A stretch of 64,000 nucleotides of DNA from an uncultured Gemmatimonadales bacterium (GCA_963708135.1 OY970192.1:2400001-2464000), one strand, 5' to 3'. Shown: positions 1-9,692, counted from the stretch's first letter. Made by a program: numbers and translations. The notes: a model not told the origin generated them from the letters alone.

Positions 1-950
1 CCGCGCGCCGCGAGCGGCCGGAGCCGCTCCAGCACCCGCTCGGTGAACCTCCGGTTGGCCGCATCCGTGACCTCCGGAAGCGCGGCCGTGGTCGAGAGCG
101 CCCGGGCGAAGAAGCCGAGCGCCTGGTTGTCGCGCGGGAAGCATGGCCCGCCGTAGCCGAGCCCGCCCTTCAGGTAGGCCTCCCCCACGCGGCGGTCCAG
201 TCCGATCGCGCTCGTCACCCGGTCCACGTCGCCCCCGGGGATCCGCTCGCACAGGTCCGCCAGCATGTTGGCGAACGTGATCTTGACCGTCACGAAGGTG
301 TTCAGCGCGAGCTTCGTCAGCTCCGCGTTCTCCAGCGACATCCGCCTCACCGGCGGATCGTTCTCCAGCAGCCGGCCGTAGAGCCCCGCAAGGATGTCGC
401 CGGACCGCTCATCCAGCTCTCCGATGAGCACGAAATCCGGGTTGAGGAAGTCACGGAGCACGCTGCCGAGGGCGATGAACGCGGGGCTGTAGCACAGGCC
501 GAAATCGGCCCCCGCCCGCTTGCCGGAGGCGTGCTCGAGGATCGGCAGCAGCGCGTGGCGCGTCGAGCCGGGAAGCACGGTGCTCGTGACCACGACCAGG
601 TGGTAGGCGTCCTTCTCCGACAGCGCCGTGCCCACCTCGCGCAACGCCGCCGCCACGTGCTCCAACGAGAAGGCGCCGCTCTCCTCGCTGGGCGTGGGGA
701 CGATCACGAACGTGATGTCCGACGCGCGCACCGCCGCCAGGGCGTCGGTCGTCGCCCGCAGCCGTCCATCTGCCGCCGCGATCCGCTCCGCCAGCCCGGG
801 TTCCACCACGGGCGCACGCCCGCCGTTCACAGCCTCGACCGCGCGCGGATCCACGTCGACCCCGATCACATCCAGGTCGCGGCTCGCCAGGGCCGCCGCC
901 ATGCAGCCCCCCAGCTTCCCCAGCCCGACCACCGATACCGTCATGCCCAT
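1..950 (-). CDS. UDP-glucose/GDP-mannose dehydrogenase family protein (runs off left edge)
   Basis: Manual translation MGMTVSVVGLGKLGGCMAA (Rossmann GxGxxG), FVIVPTP, SPAFIALG, AELTKLALNTF, GYGGPCFPRD; GAGGAG RBS upstream; not in ORF track because truncated. Confidence 0.9.
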   Translation of the reverse strand, partial: MGMTVSVVGLGKLGGCMAAALASRDLDVIGVDVDPRAVEAVNGGRAPVVEPGLAERIAAADGRLRATTDALAAVRASDITFVIVPTPSEESGAFSLEHVAAALREVGTALSEKDAYHLVVVTSTVLPGSTRHALLPILEHASGKRAGADFGLCYSPAFIALGSVLRDFLNPDFVLIGELDERSGDILAGLYGRLLENDPPVRRMSLENAELTKLALNTFVTVKITFANMLADLCERIPGGDVDRVTSAIGLDRRVGEAYLKGGLGYGGPCFPRDNQALGFFARALSTTAALPEVTDAANRRFTERVLERLRPLAAR

Positions 951-2149
951 CCGGCTCGTCTCCTCGTCATCCCCTTGCCCCCCGCGGGCGCCGTCGGGAT
1001 CCGGCGGTAGAACCGCTCGACCCGGTCCACGACGCTCCCCCACGACAACTCTCCCTCGGCGAGCAGCCTCGCCCGCCGTCCCGCCTCCACCCGGCCGCAT
1101 GCGTCGTCCAGCGCCTGCGCGACCGCGCCGCCGAATGACTCCGCGTCGGCATCCGCCACCCATCCCAGCCCCCTCGCCTCCACCAGCGAGGCCGCATCCC
1201 CGACGCGTGTCACCGCCACCGGCCGGCCCGCGCTCAGATAGTCGTTCAGCTTCCCCGGCCAGCGGCCCCTGTTCCCCAGCGAATCCGGCATCGCGATGGC
1301 GCCGAGGTCGGCCGCGCCGAGCCACAACGCAAGCGCCTCCGCGGACACGTAGCCCGTGCGGAGCACCGCGCCCGAGCGCTCGAGGTCGGCCGGCACGCTC
1401 ACGCGCGGCTCGCCGATGAGGACCAGGCGAGCATCCGGGTGACGGCGCCGGACCACCCGCAGGCCGTCCGTGAGCAGCGCCATCTCCCCCGCCGTCGATC
1501 GGCCGAGGTAGGCCAACAGGGCGCCGTCCGCCGCAACGCCGAGCCGCGCCCGCGCCTCCGCGCGCTCCATGCAGGGGAGCGCCGGGTCGCAGCCGTTCGG
1601 CACGTGCAGGATCCACTCGGGATCCAGTCCGAGCCCCGCCGCCCGCGCGCGTAGCGCGCCGCTCGCCACCGTGGTCGCCGCCGCACGGCCCCTAAACGCC
1701 TCCTCGAACCACGTCTCGACGGGGCCGAAGAACGTGCGGACCAGCCACCCGGAGCGATCCGCGATCCTGCCGCCGTGTCCCCACCAGTCCGCCCAGTCCA
1801 TGACGAGGCGCGCCCCCGCGCCCTGCCCCGACACCAGGGCCGGCGCGAGGACCGCCGGACGGCAGTCGAAAGCGTGAACCAGGTCCCAGGCACGGCCGCG
1901 GAGCGCCACGATCCTGCGCAACGCATTGACCGGACCCCACCCCTGGCGGGCGCCGCTCCACAGGAGGTCCGGCGCCTCGAGCAGCTCGATTCCATCCCGC
2001 CGCTCGGCGCGCATCCTCAGGCGCGCCGTCCGGCTGGTCGTGACCAGCGTCACCGCGTGCCCCCGCGCCGCCATTCCGCGCGCCAGGAAGAACGCCCGCT
2101 GGAACGTGCCGGTGCCGCGCACGTTGTGGTTGAGAAACAGCATCCGCAC
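941..2149 (-). CDS. Glycosyltransferase family 4 (GT-B)
   Basis: LFLNHN..GTF, HVPNG, WPGKLNDYLSAGRPVAVTRVGD motifs; EPS locus context. Confidence 0.85.
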   Translation of the reverse strand: MRMLFLNHNVRGTGTFQRAFFLARGMAARGHAVTLVTTSRTARLRMRAERRDGIELLEAPDLLWSGARQGWGPVNALRRIVALRGRAWDLVHAFDCRPAVLAPALVSGQGAGARLVMDWADWWGHGGRIADRSGWLVRTFFGPVETWFEEAFRGRAAATTVASGALRARAAGLGLDPEWILHVPNGCDPALPCMERAEARARLGVAADGALLAYLGRSTAGEMALLTDGLRVVRRRHPDARLVLIGEPRVSVPADLERSGAVLRTGYVSAEALALWLGAADLGAIAMPDSLGNRGRWPGKLNDYLSAGRPVAVTRVGDAASLVEARGLGWVADADAESFGGAVAQALDDACGRVEAGRRARLLAEGELSWGSVVDRVERFYRRIPTAPAGGKGMTRRRAGWA

Positions 2150-2164
2150 GGCGCGGCCCGCCCG

Positions 2165-2926
2165 TCAGTACGCGCCCCGGCAGCGCAGGACCGCAGGGAT
2201 CGTGCGCAGCAGGAGCTTCAGGTCGAGCCAGAGGCTCCAGTGCTCGATATAGAGCAGGTCCAGCGCCACCCACTCGTCGAAGTCCGCGATCTCCGAGCGA
2301 CCGCTGACCTGCCAGATGCAGGTGATCCCCGGCGTCACGGCGAGCTTCGCGCGCTGCCACGGCTTGAAGCCGGCGAACTCCTCCGGAAACGGCGGGCGCG
2401 GACCGACCAGGCTCATGTCGCCGCGCAGCACGCTCCAGAGCTGTGGCAACTCGTCCAGGCTGGACTTGCGGAGCCACCGCCCCAGCGGCGTCACCCGCGG
2501 ATCCGTCCGCATCTTGAAGACCGGACCTCGCATCTCGTTGCGCTCGAGCAGCTCCGGCTTCTGCCGGTCCGCGTCCATCACCATCGTGCGGAACTTGTAG
2601 GTCACGAACGGACGCGCACGCTCCCCGAGCGCGTTCCAGCGGTAGAGCACCGGACCGCGGGAGCTCAGCTTCACGGCCACCGCCACGAGGAGGAACACCG
2701 GAGAGAGCACGACCAGCAGCACGGCGGAGAGGACCGCATCGAGCACCCGCTTCGCGACTCGCCGGAGCCGCCACCCACGGGTGCCGGCGCGCGCCGGCAG
2801 GCAGCCGTCCCAGTCGTAACCCGTCCGGGCGTCGGCCACGACCGCCTCGACCGCGGTCGTCGAAGCCGGCGCCGACGCGGCGGCGGACTGCCGTGTTCCG
2901 GCCACCATGCCGACGGAGCGGCTCAT
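2165..2926 (-). CDS. Sugar phosphotransferase / priming glycosyltransferase (Bac_transf domain)
   Basis: KRVLD, YKFRTM, DPRVTPLGRWLRKSSLDELPQLWSVLRGDMSLVGPRP, PGITCIWQVSGR; start chosen at ATG 2926 (uncertain). Confidence 0.9.
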   Translation of the reverse strand: MSRSVGMVAGTRQSAAASAPASTTAVEAVVADARTGYDWDGCLPARAGTRGWRLRRVAKRVLDAVLSAVLLVVLSPVFLLVAVAVKLSSRGPVLYRWNALGERARPFVTYKFRTMVMDADRQKPELLERNEMRGPVFKMRTDPRVTPLGRWLRKSSLDELPQLWSVLRGDMSLVGPRPPFPEEFAGFKPWQRAKLAVTPGITCIWQVSGRSEIADFDEWVALDLLYIEHWSLWLDLKLLLRTIPAVLRCRGAY

Positions 2927-2960
2927 GAATGCGCCGGGCACCGCCGGTCCGAGCTCCGCG

Positions 2961-3542
2961 TCACACCTCCGCTGCCCAGCCGGGTGCCGCCGTCGGGCGC
3001 AGCAGCCGGCCATCGACATCCACCTGCAGCCCCTGCCCCACCGCGGCCAGCCCCACCAGCACGCGCTTCCTCCCGCGGCATTCGATCACCCGCCCTTCCA
3101 CACCCCGCAGAGGCCCATCCGTGATGCGCACCCACTGCCCCTCCCGGATCATCGGCGAGAGCTCCGGCTCGACCCCGAGCTGCGCCGCGCCCTGCACGAA
3201 GCGGCGCACGTTCGCCAGCTCCTCGTCCGGGATCGGCGAGGGGAAGCCGCGCGTCCGCACGATGGTCGCGATCCCCGGCGTGGACAGCACGCGATGCACC
3301 TCGCGCAGCGTGAAGCGGCCGAAGACGTAGGACGGGAACAGCGGCCACTCGACGACCTTCTTCCGGTCCTTCCACTGGCGGACCCGCGGCACCAGCGGCA
3401 GGTAATTGGCGATGCCCCGGTTCTCGAGCAGCGAGGACACCTGCTTCTCCGCCCGGGCTCTCGTGTAGCAGGCATACCAGCGTGGCGCTTCGTAGAGGGC
3501 CGGCGGTGGCGTGAGCTCCGATGCGGTTGCGGCAAATTCCAT
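2961..3542 (-). CDS. UpxY/RfaH-like NusG-paralog transcription antiterminator
   Basis: WYACYTRARAEK...RQWKDRKKVVEWPLFPSYVF NGN domain plus KOW (VRITDGPLRGVEG); first gene of polysaccharide operon. Confidence 0.88.
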   Translation of the reverse strand: MEFAATASELTPPPALYEAPRWYACYTRARAEKQVSSLLENRGIANYLPLVPRVRQWKDRKKVVEWPLFPSYVFGRFTLREVHRVLSTPGIATIVRTRGFPSPIPDEELANVRRFVQGAAQLGVEPELSPMIREGQWVRITDGPLRGVEGRVIECRGRKRVLVGLAAVGQGLQVDVDGRLLRPTAAPGWAAEV

Positions 3543-3743
3543 GGCTCCGGGCCTCGCGACGGGGGGAACGGGTACACCTTGGCTCTGTCAGTCCCAGGGC
3601 GTATCTGACCTAGCCCAACGGCTTCGTATCTTAGGAACGCCGGCGCTGCCGCCGGCTGGTGGCCGACTCCGGGACGCCCCGGCACCGGCCCGCGGCCGGC
3701 GCCGCCCCCGGCGATCGAGGGTGGATCGCGGCATCCGCGTGCA

Positions 3744-3760
3744 GGCACATTTCGTACCGG
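3744..3760 (-). promoter_or_regulatory. Putative sigma54 (-24/-12) promoter for upxY-EPS operon
   Basis: CCGGTACGAAATGTGCC: GG-N10-GC spacing, resembles YTGGCACG-N4-TTGC. Confidence 0.45.
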
Positions 3761-3835
3761 CGCGTAGCCGGCGGGGGAAGCGCGGGAGGAGGTAGGGACC
3801 CGGGCGCGTGGGGGGCCGGGGCACGGCCGGCGCGG

Positions 3836-5242
3836 TCAGCCGGTGGCGACTTCGATCGGCCGCGACCTGGCCGGCGTGGCCGCGCCGCTGAGGCCCACGA
3901 TGTGGCCGGCGTCATGGGCGTGGATGGCGTTGCGCGTATCGACCACCAGCGGCGCGAGCCGGGCCACGCGGTCGTAATCGATGGCGCTGTGGTCGGTGGC
4001 GACCAGCACGCAATCGGTGGCACGGAGCGCGTCGTCGGTGAGCTCGATGCTCTCGCGCAGCTCGCCGTCCTCGCGCACGACCGGCACGTGCGGGTCGTGG
4101 TAGGAGACGACGCCGCCCTTCTCCTCGAGAAGCCGGATGATGTCGAGCGCGGGGCTCTCGCGCACATCGTCGATGTCTTTCTTGTAGGCGACGCCGAGGA
4201 CCAGCAGCCGGGACCCGTTCACCGCCTTGCGGTGCCGGTTCAGTGCGTCCTGGATCTTGTCCACGACGAAATGCGGCATCTCCGAGTTGATCTCGCTCGC
4301 CAGGTCGATCATGCGCGTGCGGTAGTTGAGCGTCTTCATCTTCCAGGCGAGGTAGTGCGGGTCGAGCGGGATGCAGTGGCCGCCGATGCCGGGGCCGGGG
4401 GTGAAGCGCATGAAGCCGAACGGCTTGGTGGCGGCCGCGTCGATGATCTCCCAGATGTTGACGCCGAGGCGGTCCGCGGCCTGGGCCATCTCGTTGACCA
4501 GCGCGATATTGATCGATCGGAAGGTGTTCTCGAGCAGCTTCGTGAGCTCCGCGGCCTCGGGCGAGCTCACCGGGACCACGGTCTCCATGACGCGCCCGTA
4601 GATGGCCGTGCCGAGCGCGCTGCACGCCACCGTAATGCCGCCGATGACCTTGGGCGTGTTCCGTACGGTCCACGTCGGGTTGCCGGGATCGACGCGCTCG
4701 GGGCTGAAGCAGAGGAAGACGTCAAGGCCGACGACGAGCCCCGTCTCCTCGAGCATCGGCAGCATCAGCTCCCGCGTCGTGCCGGGGTAAGTCGTGGACT
4801 CGAGCACCACGAGCTGGCCGGGACGCAGCGCCGCCTTCACGGCGGCCGTGGCGGACACGACGTAGCTGACGTCCGGGTCGCGCGTCTTCGACAGCGGGGT
4901 GGGGACGCAGATCGCGATGACGTCGCACTCCGCCAGCCGGCTCATGTCCGTCGTGGCCTCGAGCCGGCCCGCCGCGACGGCGCGCTCGACCACCTCCGAA
5001 GGCACGTCCTGCACGTGAGAGCGTCCGGCGTTTAGCGCCTCCGCCACGCGCGCCGAGACGTCGAAACCGAGCACGCGGTAGCCCGCCCGGACGATCTCCG
5101 CCGCGAGGGGCAGCCCGACATAGCCGAGGCCGATGATGCCGCACACCGCGCTGCCGTCCTCGATGCGGGCCCGCAGCGCCTCCGCGCGCGTCCCCGCCTC
5201 CACCTCCCCCGCCGCCAGCCCGCCGTCCTCGATGGCGCTCAT
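3836..5242 (-). CDS. Nucleotide sugar dehydrogenase (WbpA/WecC-like UDP-N-acetylhexosamine dehydrogenase)
   Basis: GIIGLGYVGLP, ICVPTP, LESTTYPGTT, FSPERVDPGN, GPGIGGHCIPLDP, GVAYKKDIDDVRESP; ATG overlaps hemD stop (ATGA). Confidence 0.92.
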   Translation of the reverse strand: MSAIEDGGLAAGEVEAGTRAEALRARIEDGSAVCGIIGLGYVGLPLAAEIVRAGYRVLGFDVSARVAEALNAGRSHVQDVPSEVVERAVAAGRLEATTDMSRLAECDVIAICVPTPLSKTRDPDVSYVVSATAAVKAALRPGQLVVLESTTYPGTTRELMLPMLEETGLVVGLDVFLCFSPERVDPGNPTWTVRNTPKVIGGITVACSALGTAIYGRVMETVVPVSSPEAAELTKLLENTFRSINIALVNEMAQAADRLGVNIWEIIDAAATKPFGFMRFTPGPGIGGHCIPLDPHYLAWKMKTLNYRTRMIDLASEINSEMPHFVVDKIQDALNRHRKAVNGSRLLVLGVAYKKDIDDVRESPALDIIRLLEEKGGVVSYHDPHVPVVREDGELRESIELTDDALRATDCVLVATDHSAIDYDRVARLAPLVVDTRNAIHAHDAGHIVGLSGAATPARSRPIEVATG

Positions 5243-6726
5243 TCCTGGTCCTCCTGCTCCTGCGCGCAGTGGCGCAGCAGCGCCGCGATCAGGCCTCTGA
5301 TCGTGTGCGTCTCCGCCACGATCGGCACGGGCAGGCCGGCCTCGCGGGCCGTGTTTGCGGTGATCGGCCCGATACAGGCCGCCACGGCGCCATGCAAGTT
5401 TCCGCCCACGGCCTCCACGAACTGCGTCACCGTGGACGACGACGTGAAGGTCACGATATCGATCTCGCCGGCCGCCAGCCGGCGCCGCACCTCCGCGGCT
5501 CCCTCCGCGTCCGGCACGGAACGGTACGCCTCCACCTCCTCGACCGTCGCGCCCAGAGCCTCGAGTCCCGCCGGCAACACCTCCCGCGCGCCGTATGCCC
5601 GCGGCAGCAGGACCCGCGCGCCGCGCAGCGAGCCGAGCGCCGCCATGGCCTCGAGCACCGACTCCGCCACGTAGGTGTCCGGAACCAGGTCCGCGCGCAC
5701 CCCCCACGTCTCCAGCGCGGCGGCCGTGGCCGGACCGATCGCGGCGATCCGGGCCCGCGCCAGCGCACGCGCATCGCGGCCCGCCTCCTCCAGCGCGGCG
5801 TGAAAGCGGTCCACGCCGTTGACCGAGGTGAAGACCACCCAGTCGTAGTCGCGCACGGAGGCGGCGGCCGCCGCGAGCGGCCCCGGGTCGGGCGGCGGCG
5901 CGATCCGGATGACCGGGAAGGCGACGACATCCGCTCCGAGCGCCTCGAGCGCGGCCATGAACTCCCGCGCCTGCGACCGCGCACGGGTCACGACGATCTT
6001 CAGCCCGAAGAGCGGGCGCGCCTCGAACCATTCGAGGCGCGCGCGGTGCGCCACCAGCCCACCCGCCAGCAGGAACAGCGGTCCCGCGAGCGCCGCGGCC
6101 GCCGCCCGCTCCGCGATCCGGCCGAGATCGCCCATCACCGTCCGCTGCCGGGGGGCGCCGCTCCCGGACACCACGAGGGCCGGGGTGTGCTCCGGGAATC
6201 CCTGGCCGAGGAGCGCGTCCGCGACGGCGGGGAGATCCGCCGGGTCGGTCGGGACGACCCGGAGCCCCAGGTGGGCGCCGCGGCCGGCGAGGTCCGCGAG
6301 GGTGCCCAGCGCGAGGGAGGCGGCAGGGGCATCGTCGCCATCCGGAGCCACGAGCGGAACGCCGCTGAACCCCGGCGCGGCGGCCGCGGCGAGCAGCCCG
6401 GGGACGACCTCGACCGCGACGCCGCGCTCGTGGAGCAGCATGGCCTCCCTCACGGCGACGGGGTTGCCCATCGGGTCTCCCGCACAGAGCCGTATCACGA
6501 GGGCGGACTCCTCGGCCGCGGCGGCCATCAAGGCGGCGCGGTCGTCCGGCCCCTCGCCGGGCCCGGCCTCGCGCAGCGCCGCACCGGCTGCGCCGAGGGC
6601 CAGCACGCGGGCGTCGAGTCCGCGGTCGTACAGCACGAGGGTGGCCCGGCCCAGGAGCTCCGCCCCGCGCAGCGTCAGCAGGGCTGGATCACCGGGTCCC
6701 GCACCAACGAAGTGGACCAAGCCCAC
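5239..6726 (-). CDS. hemD: Uroporphyrinogen-III methyltransferase-like/uroporphyrinogen-III synthase fusion (CobA-HemD)
   Basis: N-term VGAGPGDPALLT; C-term RPLFGLKIVVTRA, WVVFTSVNGV, AIGPATA, FTSSSTV, CIGPITA. Confidence 0.85.
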   Translation of the reverse strand: MGLVHFVGAGPGDPALLTLRGAELLGRATLVLYDRGLDARVLALGAAGAALREAGPGEGPDDRAALMAAAAEESALVIRLCAGDPMGNPVAVREAMLLHERGVAVEVVPGLLAAAAAPGFSGVPLVAPDGDDAPAASLALGTLADLAGRGAHLGLRVVPTDPADLPAVADALLGQGFPEHTPALVVSGSGAPRQRTVMGDLGRIAERAAAAALAGPLFLLAGGLVAHRARLEWFEARPLFGLKIVVTRARSQAREFMAALEALGADVVAFPVIRIAPPPDPGPLAAAAASVRDYDWVVFTSVNGVDRFHAALEEAGRDARALARARIAAIGPATAAALETWGVRADLVPDTYVAESVLEAMAALGSLRGARVLLPRAYGAREVLPAGLEALGATVEEVEAYRSVPDAEGAAEVRRRLAAGEIDIVTFTSSSTVTQFVEAVGGNLHGAVAACIGPITANTAREAGLPVPIVAETHTIRGLIAALLRHCAQEQEDQE

Positions 6727-6739
6727 GACTGAGCCCCCC

Positions 6740-7981
6740 TCAAGCTTCGGTCATCATCTCGGCCACGCCCGCGGGCGGCGGCCGCGGGCCGCCGCGGGAC
6801 GGGAACACGGCCTTAAGGAGCGGCGGGGCAAGGAAAGTCGTGACCATCACCATGAACGTCAATACGCTGAAGAGGTTCCGGTCGATGACTTCCTCCGCGA
6901 GACCCATCTGCGCGAAGATGAGCCCGACCTCCCCGCGCGGGATCATGCCGATGCCCACGACGAGCTTGCGGCCGCGGAACCAGAACGGGGCGTAGCCCGC
7001 CAGCAGTTTTCCCGCCACGGCCACCGCGACCAGCGCGACACCCATGAGCGCGATCCTGGGGGAGAGGAAGGCGCGCACGTCCACGGCGGCGCCGACCGAG
7101 ACGAAGAAGATCGGGACGAAGAAGTGTCCGAGCCGGACGACGCCCCGCTGCACGGTCGCCACCTGCGGCGTGGGCGCGAGGACGAGCCCAGCGGCGAAGG
7201 CGCCGATAATGAGCGCCGAGCCGGACGCGTACGCCAGCCACGCCAGCAGGAAGGCCAGCACCAGCGCCATCATGGCCACGGTATCCTCGTTGCCGATGCG
7301 GGCCAGGCCACGGAAGAGCGGCGGCACGAGCACCCTGCCCAGGAGCAGAACGGCTCCGAGGAAGCCGAAGGCGATCGCCGTCGTCAGCACGATCTCCGGC
7401 CCCGTCACCTCCACGCCGGCCACCAGCTTGCCCACGACCGCCAGGATGATCAGCCCGATCACGTCGTCGATCACCGCGGCGCCGAGCACGATCTGGCTCT
7501 CCGGCTCCTGCAGCCGACCCAGATCGGAGAGCACGCGGGCGGTGATCCCCACCGATGTCGCGGTCAGCGCGGCGCCCGCCACCACCATCGCCAGGCCGCT
7601 CAGGCCAAGCAGGCGCAACGCGACGAGCCCCAGCGCGAACGGCGCGACAACGCCCACCACCGCCACCACCGCCGATGTGCCGCCCACGCGCAGCAGGCGC
7701 CGAAGATTCGTCTCGAGGCCGATCTCGAACAGCAGGATCACAACGCCGATCTCGGCGAAAAGGCCCAGCACCGGATCCCTATCCGGCACCAGGCCCAGAA
7801 CGGACGGCCCCAGCAGCACGCCCGCCAGCAGCTCACCCACCACGGCGGGCTGACCCAGCCGCTCCGCGAGCTCGCCCAGGAGCTTGGCGGAGACCAGCAT
7901 GAAGATCAGGTATCCCAGGAAGGTGGGCACGGCGGCGACCGCTCCCGCCCCGCCCGCCACGACCCCGGTGCTGGCGAGCAT
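6740..7981 (-). CDS. Cation:proton antiporter (CPA2, NapA-like)
   Basis: Highly hydrophobic; GQPAVVGELLAG, LFEIGLE, TATSVGIT, AAVIDD, PIFFVSVG, GMIPRGEV; AGGAGG RBS. Confidence 0.9.
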   Translation of the reverse strand: MLASTGVVAGGAGAVAAVPTFLGYLIFMLVSAKLLGELAERLGQPAVVGELLAGVLLGPSVLGLVPDRDPVLGLFAEIGVVILLFEIGLETNLRRLLRVGGTSAVVAVVGVVAPFALGLVALRLLGLSGLAMVVAGAALTATSVGITARVLSDLGRLQEPESQIVLGAAVIDDVIGLIILAVVGKLVAGVEVTGPEIVLTTAIAFGFLGAVLLLGRVLVPPLFRGLARIGNEDTVAMMALVLAFLLAWLAYASGSALIIGAFAAGLVLAPTPQVATVQRGVVRLGHFFVPIFFVSVGAAVDVRAFLSPRIALMGVALVAVAVAGKLLAGYAPFWFRGRKLVVGIGMIPRGEVGLIFAQMGLAEEVIDRNLFSVLTFMVMVTTFLAPPLLKAVFPSRGGPRPPPAGVAEMMTEA

Positions 7982-7999
7982 CGTTCCTCCTGACCACTG

Positions 8000-8030
8000 A
8001 AAACGCCCGGCACCGCGGAGGTGCCGGGCG
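8000..8030 (-). terminator. Intrinsic terminator after rpmB
   Basis: 11-bp stem CGCCCGGCACC/GGTGCCGGGCG followed by TTTT; only ~18 nt upstream of antiporter ATG. Confidence 0.7.
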
Positions 8031-8063
8031 CCAGGTTCCCGGCCGGGAGCGCGCGGCCTCCGC

Positions 8064-8252
8064 TCAGGCCTTGCGGATCTTCCCCGACGAGATGCAGCGC
8101 GTGCAGACCCGGACGTGCTTCGGTCCCTCCTCCGTCAGGATGTGCACACGGCGCAGATTCGGCTGCCAGGACCGACGCGTGCGGTTGTTCGCGTGGCTGA
8201 CGTTATTGCCGAACCTCGTGCCCTTGTTGCAGATATAGCAGACGCGAGCCAT
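8064..8252 (-). CDS. rpmB: 50S ribosomal protein L28
   Basis: MARVCYICNKGTRFGNNVSHANNRTRRSWQPNL...VCTRC. Confidence 0.95.
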   Translation of the reverse strand: MARVCYICNKGTRFGNNVSHANNRTRRSWQPNLRRVHILTEEGPKHVRVCTRCISSGKIRKA

Positions 8253-8274
8253 CGCTCCTCCTCGCTTCCCGAAT

Positions 8275-8628
8275 CTAGTCGACCAGCTCGATGAGGGCGA
8301 CCTCGGCCGCGTCGCCGGTGCGGTGGCCCAGGTGCAGCACCCGGGTGTAGCCGCCCGGCCGCTCCGCGTAGCGGGGGCCGATCTCATCGAACAGCTTCTT
8401 CAGTGCGACCGCGTCCGAGATCTTGCGCGCCACCAGCCGGCGGGCGTGAAGGTCTCCCCGCTTCGCCTTCGTGATCAGCGGCTCGGCGAAGCGCCGCAGC
8501 TCCTTCGCCTTCTCGACGGTCGTCTCGATGCGGCCGTGCAGGAACAGCGAGGTCGCCATGTTGCGCATCATGGCCTTGCGGTGCTCGGCCGTGCGCGCGA
8601 AATGGCGCCCCTTCTTGCGGTGCCTCAT
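8275..8628 (-). CDS. rplQ: 50S ribosomal protein L17
   Basis: MRHRKKGR...RPGGYTRVL. Confidence 0.98.
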   Translation of the reverse strand: MRHRKKGRHFARTAEHRKAMMRNMATSLFLHGRIETTVEKAKELRRFAEPLITKAKRGDLHARRLVARKISDAVALKKLFDEIGPRYAERPGGYTRVLHLGHRTGDAAEVALIELVD

Positions 8629-9692
8629 GACTCCTGCTCCTCCTCCACCGGCTCGGCCAGGCTCGCCGTCTCCGGAAGCTCCTGATCGACGAGGTACATC
8701 TCGCCGTCCTCGCCTTCCTCCAGCTTCATCCCGAACTGCAGGTTCTGCTCATTCAGGAACTGCCGGATCTCCTCGAGCGACTTGATGCCGAAGTTCTCGA
8801 TGCCCAGCATCTGGTCCTCCGTGCGCTGCACGAGGTCGCCCAGCGTGATGATGTTCTCCTTCTTCAGCGAGTTCACCGACCGGACCGACAGCTCCGCCAG
8901 GTCCTCGATCGGGCGCCGGAACAGGTCGCGCAGCGGCGTCGGCACCCGGACCGCCCCCGGAACCGGCGGCTGCGACTCCGACGGGCCGCTGAAGCGCAGC
9001 ATGTACTCCAGGTGCTTGCGCGCCAGCTCCGCCCCATACGCCACCGCGTCCTCCGGCGACATGCTGCCGTTCGTCTCCACCAGCAGCGTCAGCCGGTCGA
9101 AATCCGTGCGCTGCCCCACGCGCGTCTCCTCGACCGTGAAGTTCGCCCGCAGCACCGGGTTGTAGATCGAATCCACCCGCACCAGGTCGACCGGGCTCCC
9201 CTTCGGGATCACGTGCTGCTCCGCCGGGATGAAGCCGCGCCCCTTGTTCACGTACAGGACCATGTTGACCTCGCGGTCGTCCTGCAGCGTGAACAGGTGG
9301 TGGTCGGGGTTGATGATCGTCACGGGCCCCGTCTTCTCGATCGCTCGCGCCGTCACCGCTCCCGCCTTGTCCACGCGCAGCTCCAGCGTGGCCTCCTCCG
9401 TCTCCTCCTCCAGCGAGAGCACCAGCGTCTTCAGGTTCTGGATGAGCTGGTGCACGTCCTCCACCACGCCCGACACCGTCTGGTGCTCGTGGAGCACGCC
9501 GTCCATCCGGAACGCCCACACCGCCGAGCCGCGCAGCGAGGAGAGCAGGATGCGCCGCACCGTATTGCCCAGCGTCTGGCCGAAGCCACGCTCCAGCGGG
9601 GCCATGACGAACTGCGCCAGGCGACCGTCTTCGGAGCGCTGCACCGCCTCGACGCGCTGCGGCAGTACCAGCCCGGTGAGATCAAGATCCAC
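8625..9692 (-). CDS. rpoA: RNA polymerase alpha subunit
   Basis: PLERGFGQTLGN, RVGQRTDFDRL, LSVRSVNSLK, NFGIKSL. Confidence 0.98.
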   Translation of the reverse strand: MDLDLTGLVLPQRVEAVQRSEDGRLAQFVMAPLERGFGQTLGNTVRRILLSSLRGSAVWAFRMDGVLHEHQTVSGVVEDVHQLIQNLKTLVLSLEEETEEATLELRVDKAGAVTARAIEKTGPVTIINPDHHLFTLQDDREVNMVLYVNKGRGFIPAEQHVIPKGSPVDLVRVDSIYNPVLRANFTVEETRVGQRTDFDRLTLLVETNGSMSPEDAVAYGAELARKHLEYMLRFSGPSESQPPVPGAVRVPTPLRDLFRRPIEDLAELSVRSVNSLKKENIITLGDLVQRTEDQMLGIENFGIKSLEEIRQFLNEQNLQFGMKLEEGEDGEMYLVDQELPETASLAEPVEEEQES

